64,000 nt of DNA from Bacteroidales bacterium (GCA_017480345.1 JAFVAU010000016.1:20464-84463), one strand, 5' to 3'; positions 27,586 to 38,119 are shown, numbered from the stretch's first letter. Translations and numbers: made by a program. Notes: generated by a model not told the origin, from the sequence alone.

Positions 27586-28863
27586 ATGAAAAAGAATTTT
27601 CTATCCCTTCTGTTCCTGACGGCCGCCACCTCCCTAATTTTCAGTTGTAACAAGAGTCCCCTGCCCACCATGGAAGAACCCGGGGCCCAGGCTCGGATGC
27701 AAGCTGCGCCTGGCGGAATGATGGTCATCTCCGTATCGCCCGACAACAATGGAACCGGAACCAAGGCGGACGGGAACTCGGCCTTGACCACCTCTGAATC
27801 AGTCATCACCAGCCTGCAGGTGTTTGTTTTCTACGGTGCAAGCGACCCTGCCTTAAACCAAAGGGAAGGCTGTCTTGAAACGGATGTCTATGATGTATTC
27901 ACCGGCACTGAAAACACCCGCGTCAAGACAATTACAACCACTGTGGGACAAAAGTTCATCTATGCTTTGGCAAATGCACCGCGTCTTCGCAACGTAACGT
28001 CCATCGAAGACCTTAAGAAACGTGAAATGTATCTTGGCAATAACTATCTTACACTTACGACCGTTGGAAATGAGGAGCGGCGCGGTCTTGTGATGGCCGG
28101 GGCTTACGGTTATTCCAGCGGGGACGCACCCATCAATATCGCCGGTACCCGAAAGGAAATTACCGCCTATTCACAGAACAACGAAGCAACCCTCACGACT
28201 GTCCCCATCAACTTGTATCGTCTTGCTGCACACATTGAGATTGACAATCTCGCAGTTGACTTCCGAGGCACAGACCTGGAAGGAAAAGACTTTGTTCTGA
28301 AGGAGATCTACCTTAACAATGTCCCAAACACCGTCTATGTCTCCGGACAAAATGCCGACCTGCTCAGCAGTGATGCCACCTGCTGGTCGAACCCTGTCAC
28401 CCGCGAGGCTTCTCCAAAAGACAAGGACGGATTGGATGTGACATCCCTTGTATATGAGCAGATGGCAAGTGGCGGCACGAACTGCAACACAGCCGGAGGT
28501 GAGACTTCCATCAACAGCTATTTCTACTGCTATCCCAACCCCATTGTGGAAGACGACACCGCCGATTCCTGGTCTCAGCGCCGTACCCGTCTGGTCATTC
28601 ACGCCACCATTGATGGGAAGGACAACTTCTACCCTGTCAATATTGCAGATCCCCTAAACTTCGTTTCTGCGGGAAGTTCTACTCCGGCAAACAACGTGAC
28701 ACATTCTCAAATTGTAGGTAATCACAAGTACGTCATCAAAAAGATTACCATCACTTCCCAGGGAAATCCCGATGATAAAAAACCTATCGTGACCGGTAAG
28801 GCTAAGGTTAATGTGAGTGTACAGGAATGGAGCGGGAGTACCACGCTTGAATACGAAATCTAA
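27586..28863 (+). CDS. Fimbrillin (FimA/Mfa1-type) lipoprotein, candidate major type V pilus subunit
   Basis: Lipobox IFSCNKS. It has a beta-rich two-domain pattern, with SLQVFVFY and YRLAAHIEI-type strands characteristic of Bacteroidales fimbrillins. Confidence 0.6.
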   Translation: MKKNFLSLLFLTAATSLIFSCNKSPLPTMEEPGAQARMQAAPGGMMVISVSPDNNGTGTKADGNSALTTSESVITSLQVFVFYGASDPALNQREGCLETDVYDVFTGTENTRVKTITTTVGQKFIYALANAPRLRNVTSIEDLKKREMYLGNNYLTLTTVGNEERRGLVMAGAYGYSSGDAPINIAGTRKEITAYSQNNEATLTTVPINLYRLAAHIEIDNLAVDFRGTDLEGKDFVLKEIYLNNVPNTVYVSGQNADLLSSDATCWSNPVTREASPKDKDGLDVTSLVYEQMASGGTNCNTAGGETSINSYFYCYPNPIVEDDTADSWSQRRTRLVIHATIDGKDNFYPVNIADPLNFVSAGSSTPANNVTHSQIVGNHKYVIKKITITSQGNPDDKKPIVTGKAKVNVSVQEWSGSTTLEYEI

Positions 28864-28865
28864 AA

Positions 28866-29714
28866 ATGTCCAGAAGACTTTCACTCATACCCATCCTGCT
28901 GGCCGCCGCACTGACGTCCTGCAGGAATTGGGTCTTGGAGGACCGGACCCAGTGCCCCACCCTTCTGTGCTTCGACATTGCCAATGCCGGCACTTTCGAC
29001 AGGGCCGATTATATCCACGTGGTGGCCTTCCACTACCCGGAGGATGTCCTGCTTGGGAAAGACACGGCCACGGTGTCGTCCATCCAGGAGAGGGAGTATT
29101 ATCTGAAAGTCCGGCGCTCGGAGACCGTCTATGGATTCGGCGTTGCGGGCTTCTCCAAGTGCCACCTTCAGAAGGAGACGGAATGGGTGGTGGACCGGGG
29201 GGCCGATTTCGGTCCGCTCTGGAGGTTCGACTTCCGCTCATCGGCCTCGGAGGAACAATATCTCATCCCGGTGGAGATGGTCAAGGACCACTGCAACATT
29301 ACGGTTTCCTTTGATGATTTTGACATGTTCCCCGGAACGGGCGGCCATTTCCCCTACGACATCATGGTCCGAAGCAACACCTGCGGCATCAACGCCCTCA
29401 ACGGAGAGCCTGTGAAAGGGAATTTCTTCTACGAGCCCAAAGAGAATCCCGGCGGAACGTTTCGCTTCACCGTTCCGCGTCAGTTCGACCGGTCCCTCGT
29501 CGTCGAGGTCCATGACAAGGAGGAGTATTTCGGAGACACGGCCCTTGTCGCTTCTTTCAGTGTCTGGAGCTGGGCACATGCGACGGAGGACTTCAGCTGG
29601 ACGGACAAGAATCTGGGAGACCTCTCCATCGTCATTAAACTCACCACCGGCCAATACAAAGTCACCGTAGAGCCGTGGAGGGGCGACGAAGGCGGATATG
29701 TATATGATTTCTAA
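28866..29714 (+). CDS. FimB/Mfa2 family fimbrial anchor-like lipoprotein
   Basis: 282 aa with lipobox LTSCRN followed by DRTQCPTLLCFDI. Its size and its position immediately after the stalk subunit fit Mfa2-type anchors. Confidence 0.55.
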   Translation: MSRRLSLIPILLAAALTSCRNWVLEDRTQCPTLLCFDIANAGTFDRADYIHVVAFHYPEDVLLGKDTATVSSIQEREYYLKVRRSETVYGFGVAGFSKCHLQKETEWVVDRGADFGPLWRFDFRSSASEEQYLIPVEMVKDHCNITVSFDDFDMFPGTGGHFPYDIMVRSNTCGINALNGEPVKGNFFYEPKENPGGTFRFTVPRQFDRSLVVEVHDKEEYFGDTALVASFSVWSWAHATEDFSWTDKNLGDLSIVIKLTTGQYKVTVEPWRGDEGGYVYDF

Positions 29715-29726
29715 ATAATACGCCAT

Positions 29727-32700
29727 ATGAAGTTCAAGAAGTTTTTACCTGTCTTTTTGCTAATGGTCGCTTCTCTATTGGCGGCATCCTGCTTTCGTGA
29801 GGAGCAGCCCGCCGAGACCGAAGCGCCTGGCATAGAAAAAAACGAATCGGCCCTTTCCTTTTATATTGAAGAGCCCGGATACAACCCGGATGCCAAAAGT
29901 GTCATCACGGCTCCCGGCTTTGAATCAACTATCCACGACGTTCTCATCCTCGTCGTGGGTTCCGATGGCCAGTGGAAACGGACCTACTCGGCAGACGGGG
30001 GCACCGGCCTGAAAGACCTGATCATCCTGGCCGATGGTGTCACCTCCTACAGTATCTACGCCTTTGTGAACATGGGGGACGTTTCCCTTCCGGTCGATGC
30101 AGGCGGACACGTCTTTCCGGAGGCGTTCGCCTACACGCTTCCGGACCGTTTCGGGTCTTTGGAGACCTCCGGCCTCCCCATGTGTGGCCGATATGAGCTC
30201 AGTGCATCAGCCATCACCCCCGGAGGAAAATCTTCTGTCACCATTCAGCTCCGCCGCCTGCTGTCGAAGGTGGTGGTGCGCGTGAACAAGAGCGGCATGC
30301 TCTCCGGCGCTTCCGACGGATCGGCCCTCCAGGGCGGCAGCCTGAAGGTAAGGCAGGTATCAAAGGTGCTCCGTCCGTTCGCCGCCGATGCAGACCGGCG
30401 GGCCCAGGTCGCCAGTGAGGTCTATACCGCCGACACCGATTATCATACGTTTACCGTCGGAGAGTCCGGCATGGTGACTTCCGATGTAGTCCTGTATGTG
30501 GCCGAGAACCGCCAAGGCACCGGCTCCGGTACCACGCAGGCCGATAAGACGCCCGCTTCCGGCCGCGAAGGGCTGGCCACCTATCTGAAGTATACCGCCG
30601 CCAAAATCGGTAGCTCTGACGGCGTTTCCGGCGACATGACCTACCGGGTCTATCTGGGCGAGAACAATACCGACGACTTCAATGTGATTGGCGACAAAGT
30701 CTATGACGCCACCCTCTCCCTTACCTGGAACGGTCTGTTCTACGAGGGAGACTGGCGCGTGACCAGCGACGATCTCAACGACGCCCGCGCCCTGGTGATT
30801 TCCGCTGCGGCGGGCTCTTCGGTGGAAATGGTTTCCTCCAACAGCAAGGCCGGTTCCCAGAAAGTGCGGAAAGCCACCCCCACGGCCTTCTACATGAATT
30901 TTTTCCCGAACGGCACTTCCGGCTCGGTGGCACATTCCCGCAAGGACATGTCCAGCTGGCCCTACGGCTGGGTGGCCTATGTGGATGGCAGCTCCGTCCA
31001 TATGTCCGGCACCTCGGGCACCATCAAGAATGCCGGCAACCAGGACCTGATTGCCTGGAGCTACAACAGCGCCGATGACTGCCTGTCCATGGAGGCCGTG
31101 GCGGGGGCGCCGGCATCGGCCGACATCCATACCCTGCAGTTCAAGACGATGGACGGACGGAAGAGTTCCAATGTGGTGTACTTCACCACGTCCATCCCCT
31201 TCGAGTTCCGCTGGAGGGCCGATGGCGAGCCCAACCACGTGGCCCAGCGGGGCATCCTGGAGGCGCTGGATGCCGATACGCATACGGTGGACCCGGAGGC
31301 AAAGTTCTCGCTGGTGGATGACAGTTACTATTCTTCCAAGCTGCGCCTCACGGACAACGGCGACGGAACGGCGGTGGTGGAACTTATCGATGCCATACCT
31401 TGCCAGGTCATCCATCCGGTGGGCCTTCCGGAGGAGTATGTCAAGCCTGAAGTCATCTCCATCAAGGATGCCGACGGAGACCGCGAATGCAAGGTTCCCC
31501 TGGAGGCGAGGGTGCCGTGGTTTGAATGCACGGATCTTGCTCCCGCCACAAACTATATCGACGCCCCAGGGTTGATGACCTTTACCTATCTGATGGCCGA
31601 TGCCAGTGGCTACAAGACCCCTTCGAAGATGAAGGTCGTCAACAATGGCCTCGGGGCCGATGTCACTGCCGTGTGTGCCGGAAGCAATCTGGACCTGAAG
31701 CTTGTCAACGAGCTTATCGCTCCCGAAATGACCAGCACGGCCGGACGACTTTATTTTGACAGGGATATAAGGGACGCCAATGCAGATGGCAGCTTCACCA
31801 TCTTCACTCACGTCCATACCTATGAGGGAGTAGCGGCGCTGATAACAAGTGCCAAGGAATTCAATGTGGACAGCGGAACCCTGTTCATTTCTGGGCACAA
31901 GAGCGACAGGAACCAGCACAACTGCACGTTCCGCTCCTACAATCCCTGGTACTTCTGGTACCAGGCGGGAGAAAATGTCCACTCCGGCGGTGTGATGAAC
32001 GATTATACCTTGTATCATGAGCCCAACGGACGTCGCGGCACAGCCAAGACGGGTTGGGAACCGAATCCCCAGACCCCTCCTACGGAAACGGCTTCCTACA
32101 GTGCCGCCATCCCCAACGCCATTGTGAACCGTCCCGAGAACCTGAAACTGAACGCCTCCTTCCAGGAGGATGGCGGATACCTTGGGTACAAGGTGGCAAC
32201 TGGCCAGCCGAATGTGGTGAGCCCGGATTTCACGCCGACGACCAAGTACCGCCTGGTTGCGACGGTTGCAAACATGGCCAATTACGACTGGCGGACGCTG
32301 GGAAATTACCTCTGGTATGAAAAGGGGCACTACCTGGCAGGTGTAGTCTGGAGGAATCCCACTGCGACGGATGCCGAGCTCAAGAATGAAGTAGACCGCA
32401 CCTTTGACGACCAAAGCGGAAAACTTTTCCTCTCGGGCTGGGAATCGTCTGAAGCCCTGGCATGGATTAATGCTCCGGACGGCGTCACGGCCTCCACACC
32501 CGACAACATCAGCGGTGTCCATTTCGCCGTTGAGTCCAAGACCATCACCTCTACCTGGACCCTTACCTACTCGATGGCCGGCCTGAAAGATGGAGACATC
32601 GTCACCCACAATGCGGGAAAGATTGATGTCGTAATGCAAGTTGTGAACCCCTATAACAGCGATTCGCCCACTTTGGACCAGAATGTAGCTACTGCTTACG

Positions 32701-33386
32701 TCCGCCTGCACCTCTATGTGTGGCCTGCGGTCTATAATATCTCTAGAACAGAGCCTTGGCACGATAATACAGGATCCGGCTGGACGTACAGCGCCTTCCC
32801 TTATTGCTATACGGAAGGAAAGACAATTAAAGGGCTTCGTGACTTCTGGAGCAAGCAGACGCTTATTCCTGCCACGGAGACTTGGACCTCCGCTTCCACA
32901 ACCATCCTTAAGGGGACAGCTGCCGGGACAGGACAGATATCAACAAGCCTTAGTGCCCGCGGCAGCGCCACTTGGCAATGGTATAACAATGATGTGTTCA
33001 ACAGCAACAGTACCGACAGCCAGCGGAAAGCTCAGATGCTGTCCATCATGTCGGATGTCAATACTTCCATGCCCTTTACCTTCCGTTCGCGGAATGATAT
33101 CTCCCGTAATGAGTGGGCCGGCCGGTCGGATAGAAATTACGACAACAGCTGGAATGACCAGATGATCAGTCAGTCCTATCGAGGTCTTAATAGTGTTCTG
33201 GGGGCCGACACCTATTATCGCCCAAGCGAACAGGTGCTGTATTACGATCCGTCTGGTTCGGCGTATACTTACACTTATCCGGGCGAGAATAAAAGTTCAA
33301 CCGATAAACTTTTTGTTTTCCACCTGGCACATCAGGTATACAGCCTCAACAAGTGTTATTACTTCGACTCGTCCTTCGGGTTCTAA
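29727..33386 (+). CDS. Very large (1219 aa) fimbrial-locus lipoprotein (DUF4906-like tip/adhesin candidate)
   Basis: Lipobox LAASCFRE. The N-terminal ~330 aa has a fimbrillin-like pattern (VLILVVGSDG..., IYAFVNMG, VVLYVAENRQG, YRVYLGENN). The long C-terminal region is unassigned. Confidence 0.55.
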   Translation: MKFKKFLPVFLLMVASLLAASCFREEQPAETEAPGIEKNESALSFYIEEPGYNPDAKSVITAPGFESTIHDVLILVVGSDGQWKRTYSADGGTGLKDLIILADGVTSYSIYAFVNMGDVSLPVDAGGHVFPEAFAYTLPDRFGSLETSGLPMCGRYELSASAITPGGKSSVTIQLRRLLSKVVVRVNKSGMLSGASDGSALQGGSLKVRQVSKVLRPFAADADRRAQVASEVYTADTDYHTFTVGESGMVTSDVVLYVAENRQGTGSGTTQADKTPASGREGLATYLKYTAAKIGSSDGVSGDMTYRVYLGENNTDDFNVIGDKVYDATLSLTWNGLFYEGDWRVTSDDLNDARALVISAAAGSSVEMVSSNSKAGSQKVRKATPTAFYMNFFPNGTSGSVAHSRKDMSSWPYGWVAYVDGSSVHMSGTSGTIKNAGNQDLIAWSYNSADDCLSMEAVAGAPASADIHTLQFKTMDGRKSSNVVYFTTSIPFEFRWRADGEPNHVAQRGILEALDADTHTVDPEAKFSLVDDSYYSSKLRLTDNGDGTAVVELIDAIPCQVIHPVGLPEEYVKPEVISIKDADGDRECKVPLEARVPWFECTDLAPATNYIDAPGLMTFTYLMADASGYKTPSKMKVVNNGLGADVTAVCAGSNLDLKLVNELIAPEMTSTAGRLYFDRDIRDANADGSFTIFTHVHTYEGVAALITSAKEFNVDSGTLFISGHKSDRNQHNCTFRSYNPWYFWYQAGENVHSGGVMNDYTLYHEPNGRRGTAKTGWEPNPQTPPTETASYSAAIPNAIVNRPENLKLNASFQEDGGYLGYKVATGQPNVVSPDFTPTTKYRLVATVANMANYDWRTLGNYLWYEKGHYLAGVVWRNPTATDAELKNEVDRTFDDQSGKLFLSGWESSEALAWINAPDGVTASTPDNISGVHFAVESKTITSTWTLTYSMAGLKDGDIVTHNAGKIDVVMQVVNPYNSDSPTLDQNVATAYVRLHLYVWPAVYNISRTEPWHDNTGSGWTYSAFPYCYTEGKTIKGLRDFWSKQTLIPATETWTSASTTILKGTAAGTGQISTSLSARGSATWQWYNNDVFNSNSTDSQRKAQMLSIMSDVNTSMPFTFRSRNDISRNEWAGRSDRNYDNSWNDQMISQSYRGLNSVLGADTYYRPSEQVLYYDPSGSAYTYTYPGENKSSTDKLFVFHLAHQVYSLNKCYYFDSSFGF

Positions 33387-33435
33387 AAAATAACAATCGC
33401 TCTTTGACAAGTCTGAAATTAATGATATGATAAAA

Positions 33436-33463
33436 GGGGGCGCTCCCTTTAAGGAATGCCCCC
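33436..33463. terminator. Imperfect hairpin between convergent genes
   Basis: GGGGGCgctcc-ctttaa-ggaatGCCCCC, preceded by an A-run. It sits between the stops at 33386 (+) and 33500 (-). Confidence 0.3.
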
Positions 33464-33499
33464 TGATATCAATACCTTCTCCAATTTTTTGTTAACCCC

Positions 33500-34486
33500 T
33501 TAATTCTCCTTTCCGTAGTAGAGAATAAGGTATTTCGATTTGTTGCCGTCAAGTTTGACCTTCATGCAAACAACGTAGGTTTGTCCAAGCTCCGCTATCC
33601 AGATTTCGCGACCGACATAATCGCTGACATCTTTGTTTACATTGGTCTCATTGGGCCAGTCGGCATACAAGCCTTCTTCAAAGTAGCCACCTTTCTGTAG
33701 CCAGCTGGTCATATTCCAGCAATAGTCCCATTCGCTTTCAAAGTCCACGACGGTGCGGAAGGAAGTGTTTTCTGGCTCAAGCCCTTCGAAACGAAGCAGG
33801 GCGCCCTGGGTGGTATCGGTAATGAAGTCATAGTATCCAGGTTTTCCCTCTCTGGGAACTTGAATATTAGGTTTCTTAAATTGGAACCACGTAAAATCGC
33901 AATCCTTGGAACGCTGAGAGAAGTCCGGATCTACGTCACCTTGCCGGCAGTAAACCTTCGGTCGGGAATAGGCCACATGCTTGACCACGAGCGGCTCGCC
34001 GCCGTAGGTAAAGCGAAGGCCCTCCACGTCCACGAATTCCAGTCCCTTCACGGTAAAGCTCTGGGAGACCTCGGCCGCGCCGGAGCCGTTCCAAACCTTG
34101 ATGGTGGCAAGGCCCACCTTAGCGTTATCGCCGGAGCCGCCCTTGTAAACCAGAGAGTAGGAAGAAGAGGAAGTGCCCACCTTCTCAATGGCAACCACCG
34201 CGGGGTTGGAAGAGGAGACGTTCACGTCCACGCCGCCCGTTTTCAGTGTCACGGTGTTGAACGCCGTCACGCAGAGCTCCTGGATGGTCTCGGCAGGATT
34301 GACGGTCTTGCCGCCCTCCACGGTCCACTCAAAGGTGGCCTTATCACGGTTCTCGATAATGGAAATGGTGAACGCCTTCCCGGGCAGGTCCACCGGCTTG
34401 GGGTTCTGAGGAGTCTTGTTACAAGAGGCCAGCGCAGCGCCCATGGCTACCATGAGGACTGCGAGATGGAGAAAGTTTCTTTTCAT
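33500..34486 (-). CDS. Lipoprotein with an Ig-like (Big_2-like) domain, unknown function
   Basis: I moved the start to ATG 34486 (MKRNFLHLAVLMVAMGAALASCNKT, a lipobox). SSSNPAVVAIEKVG...TIKVWNGSG resembles a bacterial Ig-like group 2 domain. Confidence 0.55.
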   Translation of the reverse strand: MKRNFLHLAVLMVAMGAALASCNKTPQNPKPVDLPGKAFTISIIENRDKATFEWTVEGGKTVNPAETIQELCVTAFNTVTLKTGGVDVNVSSSNPAVVAIEKVGTSSSSYSLVYKGGSGDNAKVGLATIKVWNGSGAAEVSQSFTVKGLEFVDVEGLRFTYGGEPLVVKHVAYSRPKVYCRQGDVDPDFSQRSKDCDFTWFQFKKPNIQVPREGKPGYYDFITDTTQGALLRFEGLEPENTSFRTVVDFESEWDYCWNMTSWLQKGGYFEEGLYADWPNETNVNKDVSDYVGREIWIAELGQTYVVCMKVKLDGNKSKYLILYYGKEN

Positions 34487-34550
34487 AAACAAATCAATTT
34501 TGTCTTTACGCAAAAATAATAACAATACAAACACAAAACAAATTAAAACC

Positions 34551-34994
34551 ATGCTAAAACATTTCAAGATTTTCACCCTTGCAACCGGCATCTTCATGCT
34601 GTTTTTCTTTTTTGTATCCTGTACCCGGGAAACACCTGTGGATGCGACCGGGTATACCGTTTCTGTCAAGATGAACAACGGTACCATCTTAGAAGACGGC
34701 ACTATCCTCACCGTCCCGCAACTGCGCGTCCGTGTGGATCACCCGGACGCTGCAGACCGTATCATGCAAATCAATGCTTATGCCTACAACGACCGCCTTT
34801 CCGACGCTTTCCGTGAAGGCCAGGCGGGCGTCATGGCCCTTGATTTCGAGGAATTCGAAGACCGAATGTACGATCCCGAGTTCGATACGGAAGTACAAGT
34901 GACCGTCGTCTATGGCTTCGACGGCTCCGGCGGCGGCCCAATCACCATCTATGACGAATCCTTCCCCCTCAAATTCACACTCGTATCTTATTAA
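34551..34994 (+). CDS. Small lipoprotein, unknown function
   Basis: I moved the start to ATG 34551 (MLKHFKIFTLATGIFMLFFFFVSCTRE, a lipobox). 147 aa. Confidence 0.5.
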   Translation: MLKHFKIFTLATGIFMLFFFFVSCTRETPVDATGYTVSVKMNNGTILEDGTILTVPQLRVRVDHPDAADRIMQINAYAYNDRLSDAFREGQAGVMALDFEEFEDRMYDPEFDTEVQVTVVYGFDGSGGGPITIYDESFPLKFTLVSY

Positions 34995-35017
34995 TAATAC
35001 ATCTAAAACACCCGATT

Positions 35018-37458
35018 ATGAAAAAAACATCCCTTTTGTTCTGCACTTGTGCCCTCTTGTCCTTGTTGTTTTCCTGTAACAAAAAAGAGTGCACGCAGGG
35101 AATCTCCTCCGGAGAAGCAATCTCTTTCCACTCCCAGGTAGGAGCCATCCTGAACAACACCGCCACCAAAACCGAAGAAGTAGTTTCACTGTCAGAATTC
35201 CATGTGACAGCCGTAACGGAAGCGGACGGGAGGCTCGTTCCCTCCTGGGAAAACGTCGTTTTCACAAAGGACGGGGATCTCTACACTTCCACCAAACTCT
35301 GGCCGGCCGAAGACCCCCATTATGAGTTCCTGGCATCCAACGCAGTAATTACGCACCAGGACGGGGCGTTTCTCATCCATGCCAATCCCCAGGTGGACAT
35401 TGTGGTCGCATACAATGACGATGTCCAATACAAAGAGACCAATGATCTGACATTCAAGCACATCTACGCAAGAATGGACTTCAAGCCCATCCATGTTCCG
35501 GATGGCTACACCGTCTCAGACATCAGCCTCTCATTCCAGCCCCGGACAAGCGGAATATACAACCTCCTGGAAGGCCACAACCGGCACGACGGGAGTGGCT
35601 GGAGCCATGTTCAGACCGAAGAGCAAGTCACGGTCACTTCAGAAGACGGCATCCACTTCCAGACGGAGGGTGGCCGGCAAGACTTTTACGTTGTTCCGGG
35701 GGAATACCTATTATCGGCCTCCTGGACCATCCGTAAAGATGACTTCACACTCTCTTTTGCAGACGAATCATTCTCGGTTGACCTTACCGGCGGTTTCAGG
35801 AACAGCGTCCAGATTTCCGTCTTCGGTATGCCGACGGCCGAGAAAGCCATTGCTTTCAACGTGGCTGTGGAGCCGTGGGACGAGAGGGTGATTGACGCCC
35901 GGGAGGTCAACCCCCGCATCACCCTTGCACCTGACGAGTTGTCTTTCGGCCCCAAGGGAGGTACCCTCCCGGTGCAAATGAACCGGGTCACGGGCGGTGT
36001 CAGCCGATATGAGTACTCCCTGGACGGGGGCACCACCTGGACGGAAGGCTTGCCCGCAGAACTTGACTTCGCGTTTTCCACTGACGAGGCTTCCTTTTCA
36101 GTCAGCATGGCGGCGGCCGACGGGCCGTCCACAATAACCGATGTAGTCTGGCCCTCCGAAAGCCGGTTCAATACGGAACGGGGTACGGAATCGGCCCCGA
36201 TAGACCTGTCCCTGGAAGACGTCCGGGGAGATGCCAACACTGACGGGCGCTCCACCGCCAACTGCTACGTTATCCATGCACCCGGCTGGTACATGTTTCC
36301 CCTGGTTTACGGGAACGCCATCACAGACGGGGTAGAGCAGCAGAACCCGGGGCAAGACCAACCGATTACCGTGGCGATTATTATAAGAACGCCCTCGGGA
36401 AAGAGATTAAATCGGCATGGATAGACGAGGACTATTCCCACAACGGGGATTCCTTTGCCTGTACTCCCCAGCTGGTCTGGCAATCCCGCGAGGGGCTGGC
36501 ACAGGTGGAACCGGAACTGAAATATTTCAACCAGAAACCTTTCATCGTATTCCATATAGACCCGTCCCAGATTACCTATGCGAACGTCGTCATCGGCGCC
36601 AAGGACGGCAATATCGGCCTTGATGGCTATCTATGGTCTTGGCACATCTGGGTGAATGCCGATGTCAAAGACCTGGATTTCTATTCCCCCAGCTATTCGC
36701 AGACGCTTACTTCCATGGTACAAACCCTGGGCGAGATTCCCACAAAGAAGACCACGCTCTCCGTCGAGCCCTATTCAGTCCTGGTCCGCTTTCACTTCGG
36801 GGAATTCTGCTGCACGCTTCCCATCAGCCGTCAGGGAGGGATTACTGACGGAGAAATCGTGGATTGGGAACTCCCCTACTATGTTTCCGGCCGAAAAGAC
36901 CCGCTGATGGACGGTCATTATGAAAATGGTGGGGAAATGACAGTGGCCGATGCCATCCGCAATCCGGCTCTCCTCATGTCCAATCAGACTGTCTGGGAGG
37001 GGAGCAATGAATATCTTTGGGAAACAATCCGCAAGACCGTCAATTACTCGTCATTGCCTCAAGTGGGCAAAAGCATATATGACCCCTGCCCGCCCGGGTA
37101 CTGCGTTCCCAAGCGTATTTTTGGAGGAATTACAGCCTGTGGAAGGGGAAGCGGAGACGAGCCGTCGGCCGCCATCGCCTGGAAGAACGCCGCCGGGCAC
37201 TGGATGCTGGGGGTGAGAGGTTCCTCCCAACCCGATGAACTGATTCCTTTCCAACAGAAGTATCTTGAATCGCAGGCAACGGCCCCGAGGGCATGGGGAA
37301 CAGCCATCGCCTCCCAGGGTAGTAGCGGCAATGTGGTCTGGAGTACTTTGTTAAACACCGGTGGAATCCGTCCATCCTCTCCAAGTCAATCTGTTGCCAT
37401 TACGGGAACGACGACCAGCAGTTACCTGGTCTTTATTAAACCGAATAAAATGAAGTAA
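35018..37458 (+). pseudogene. Fimbrillin-like + BACON-like + C-terminal (NCY(V/I)...WSWHIW...DPCPPGY) domain lipoprotein, split by a -1 frameshift near 36330-36365
   Basis: ORF 35018..36424 uses codon phase 2 (start coordinate mod 3 = 2). It ends 18 codons after sensible sequence. Phase 1 is open from 36244 and continues ...DYRGDYYKNALGKEIKSAWIDEDY... into ORF 36505..37458. The two pieces together give about 813 codons. A C3G4 run lies at 36346-36352. Confidence 0.65.
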
Positions 37459-37461
37459 CGT

Positions 37462-38085
37462 TCATTCGTCCGGTAACACCCGGCGGGCGCCGATGTACCG
37501 CATCTGGTAATAAGGGTGAGTGGATACGTCTTCCGTGACGCCTTTGGAAACAGAGGCATGGATGAAGTTGAAACTCCCCTTTTCATAATTGACGGACACC
37601 ACGATTCCCACATGGCCGATGTTCCTCACGCTCCCCCTTTTGCCAAAGAAGACAAGGTCTCCCTTTTGAAGGTCGGAGAAGGACCGGACCTCCCTTCCCT
37701 CTGTAATCTGAGCACCCGTATACGGCGTAAGGGTATACCCGAAACGCTTGAAAACATACGAAGTAAAATGTGAACAGTCAAACTGGCTTGGCCCCGCCGC
37801 ACCCAGTTTGTAAGGAACGCCCAAAAATTCTCTTGCATATTCAATCACTTGATCTGCAAGAGCTTTCTTTGACTGTTTATTCTTGGACTTATTTGCCGGA
37901 ACTTCGGAAGGCTTTTTCTGAGAAGAAGATGTCTCCGCCTCACCGGCCTTGACCGCTTCCTTCCTTTCCTCGGAGGAGACAGGATAGGTTTTCAAGTCCT
38001 GGGTGTCGATGGGAGTAGCCCGCCGCACCGAAGCGCAGGAACAAAGGGCCAACAAGACCGCGAGGGATATGAGATTCCTTCTCAC
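37462..38085 (-). CDS. NlpC/P60 (C40) family peptidoglycan peptidase lipoprotein
   Basis: GVPYKLGAAGPSQFDCSHFTSYVF...GHVGIV...IHAS gives the Cys-His-His catalytic pattern. The lipobox is LALCSCAS. I set the start at GTG 38085 (VRRNLISLAV), because the longer track ORF runs into the ssrA gene. Confidence 0.8.
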   Translation of the reverse strand: MRRNLISLAVLLALCSCASVRRATPIDTQDLKTYPVSSEERKEAVKAGEAETSSSQKKPSEVPANKSKNKQSKKALADQVIEYAREFLGVPYKLGAAGPSQFDCSHFTSYVFKRFGYTLTPYTGAQITEGREVRSFSDLQKGDLVFFGKRGSVRNIGHVGIVVSVNYEKGSFNFIHASVSKGVTEDVSTHPYYQMRYIGARRVLPDE

Positions 38086-38090
38086 GTTTG

Positions 38091-38098
38091 CAAAGATA
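38091..38098 (-). promoter_or_regulatory. -7 box TATCTTTG, 5 nt upstream of the NlpC/P60 GTG start
   Basis: The minus strand reads TATCTTTG-CAAAC-GTG. Confidence 0.4.
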
Positions 38099-38111
38099 CA
38101 GAAAATATTTG

Positions 38112-38119
38112 TATATTTG
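38112..38119 (+). promoter_or_regulatory. -7 box TATATTTG upstream of ssrA
   Basis: Exact TAnnTTTG match 14 nt upstream of the mature tmRNA 5' end. Confidence 0.45.

Noticed and set aside
36417-36623. 68-aa ORF bridging the two halves of the split fimbrillin gene
   Set aside because: It is in the third frame and has Arg/Gly/Pro-rich nonsense composition. The phase-1 reading (codon start mod 3 = 1) gives sensible sequence across the same bases.
36505-37458. Diversity-generating retroelement target, because the C-terminal domain has a lectin/FGE-like DPCPPGY-type motif
   Set aside because: No reverse transcriptase gene and no template-repeat copy of the C-terminal coding region were found in the window.
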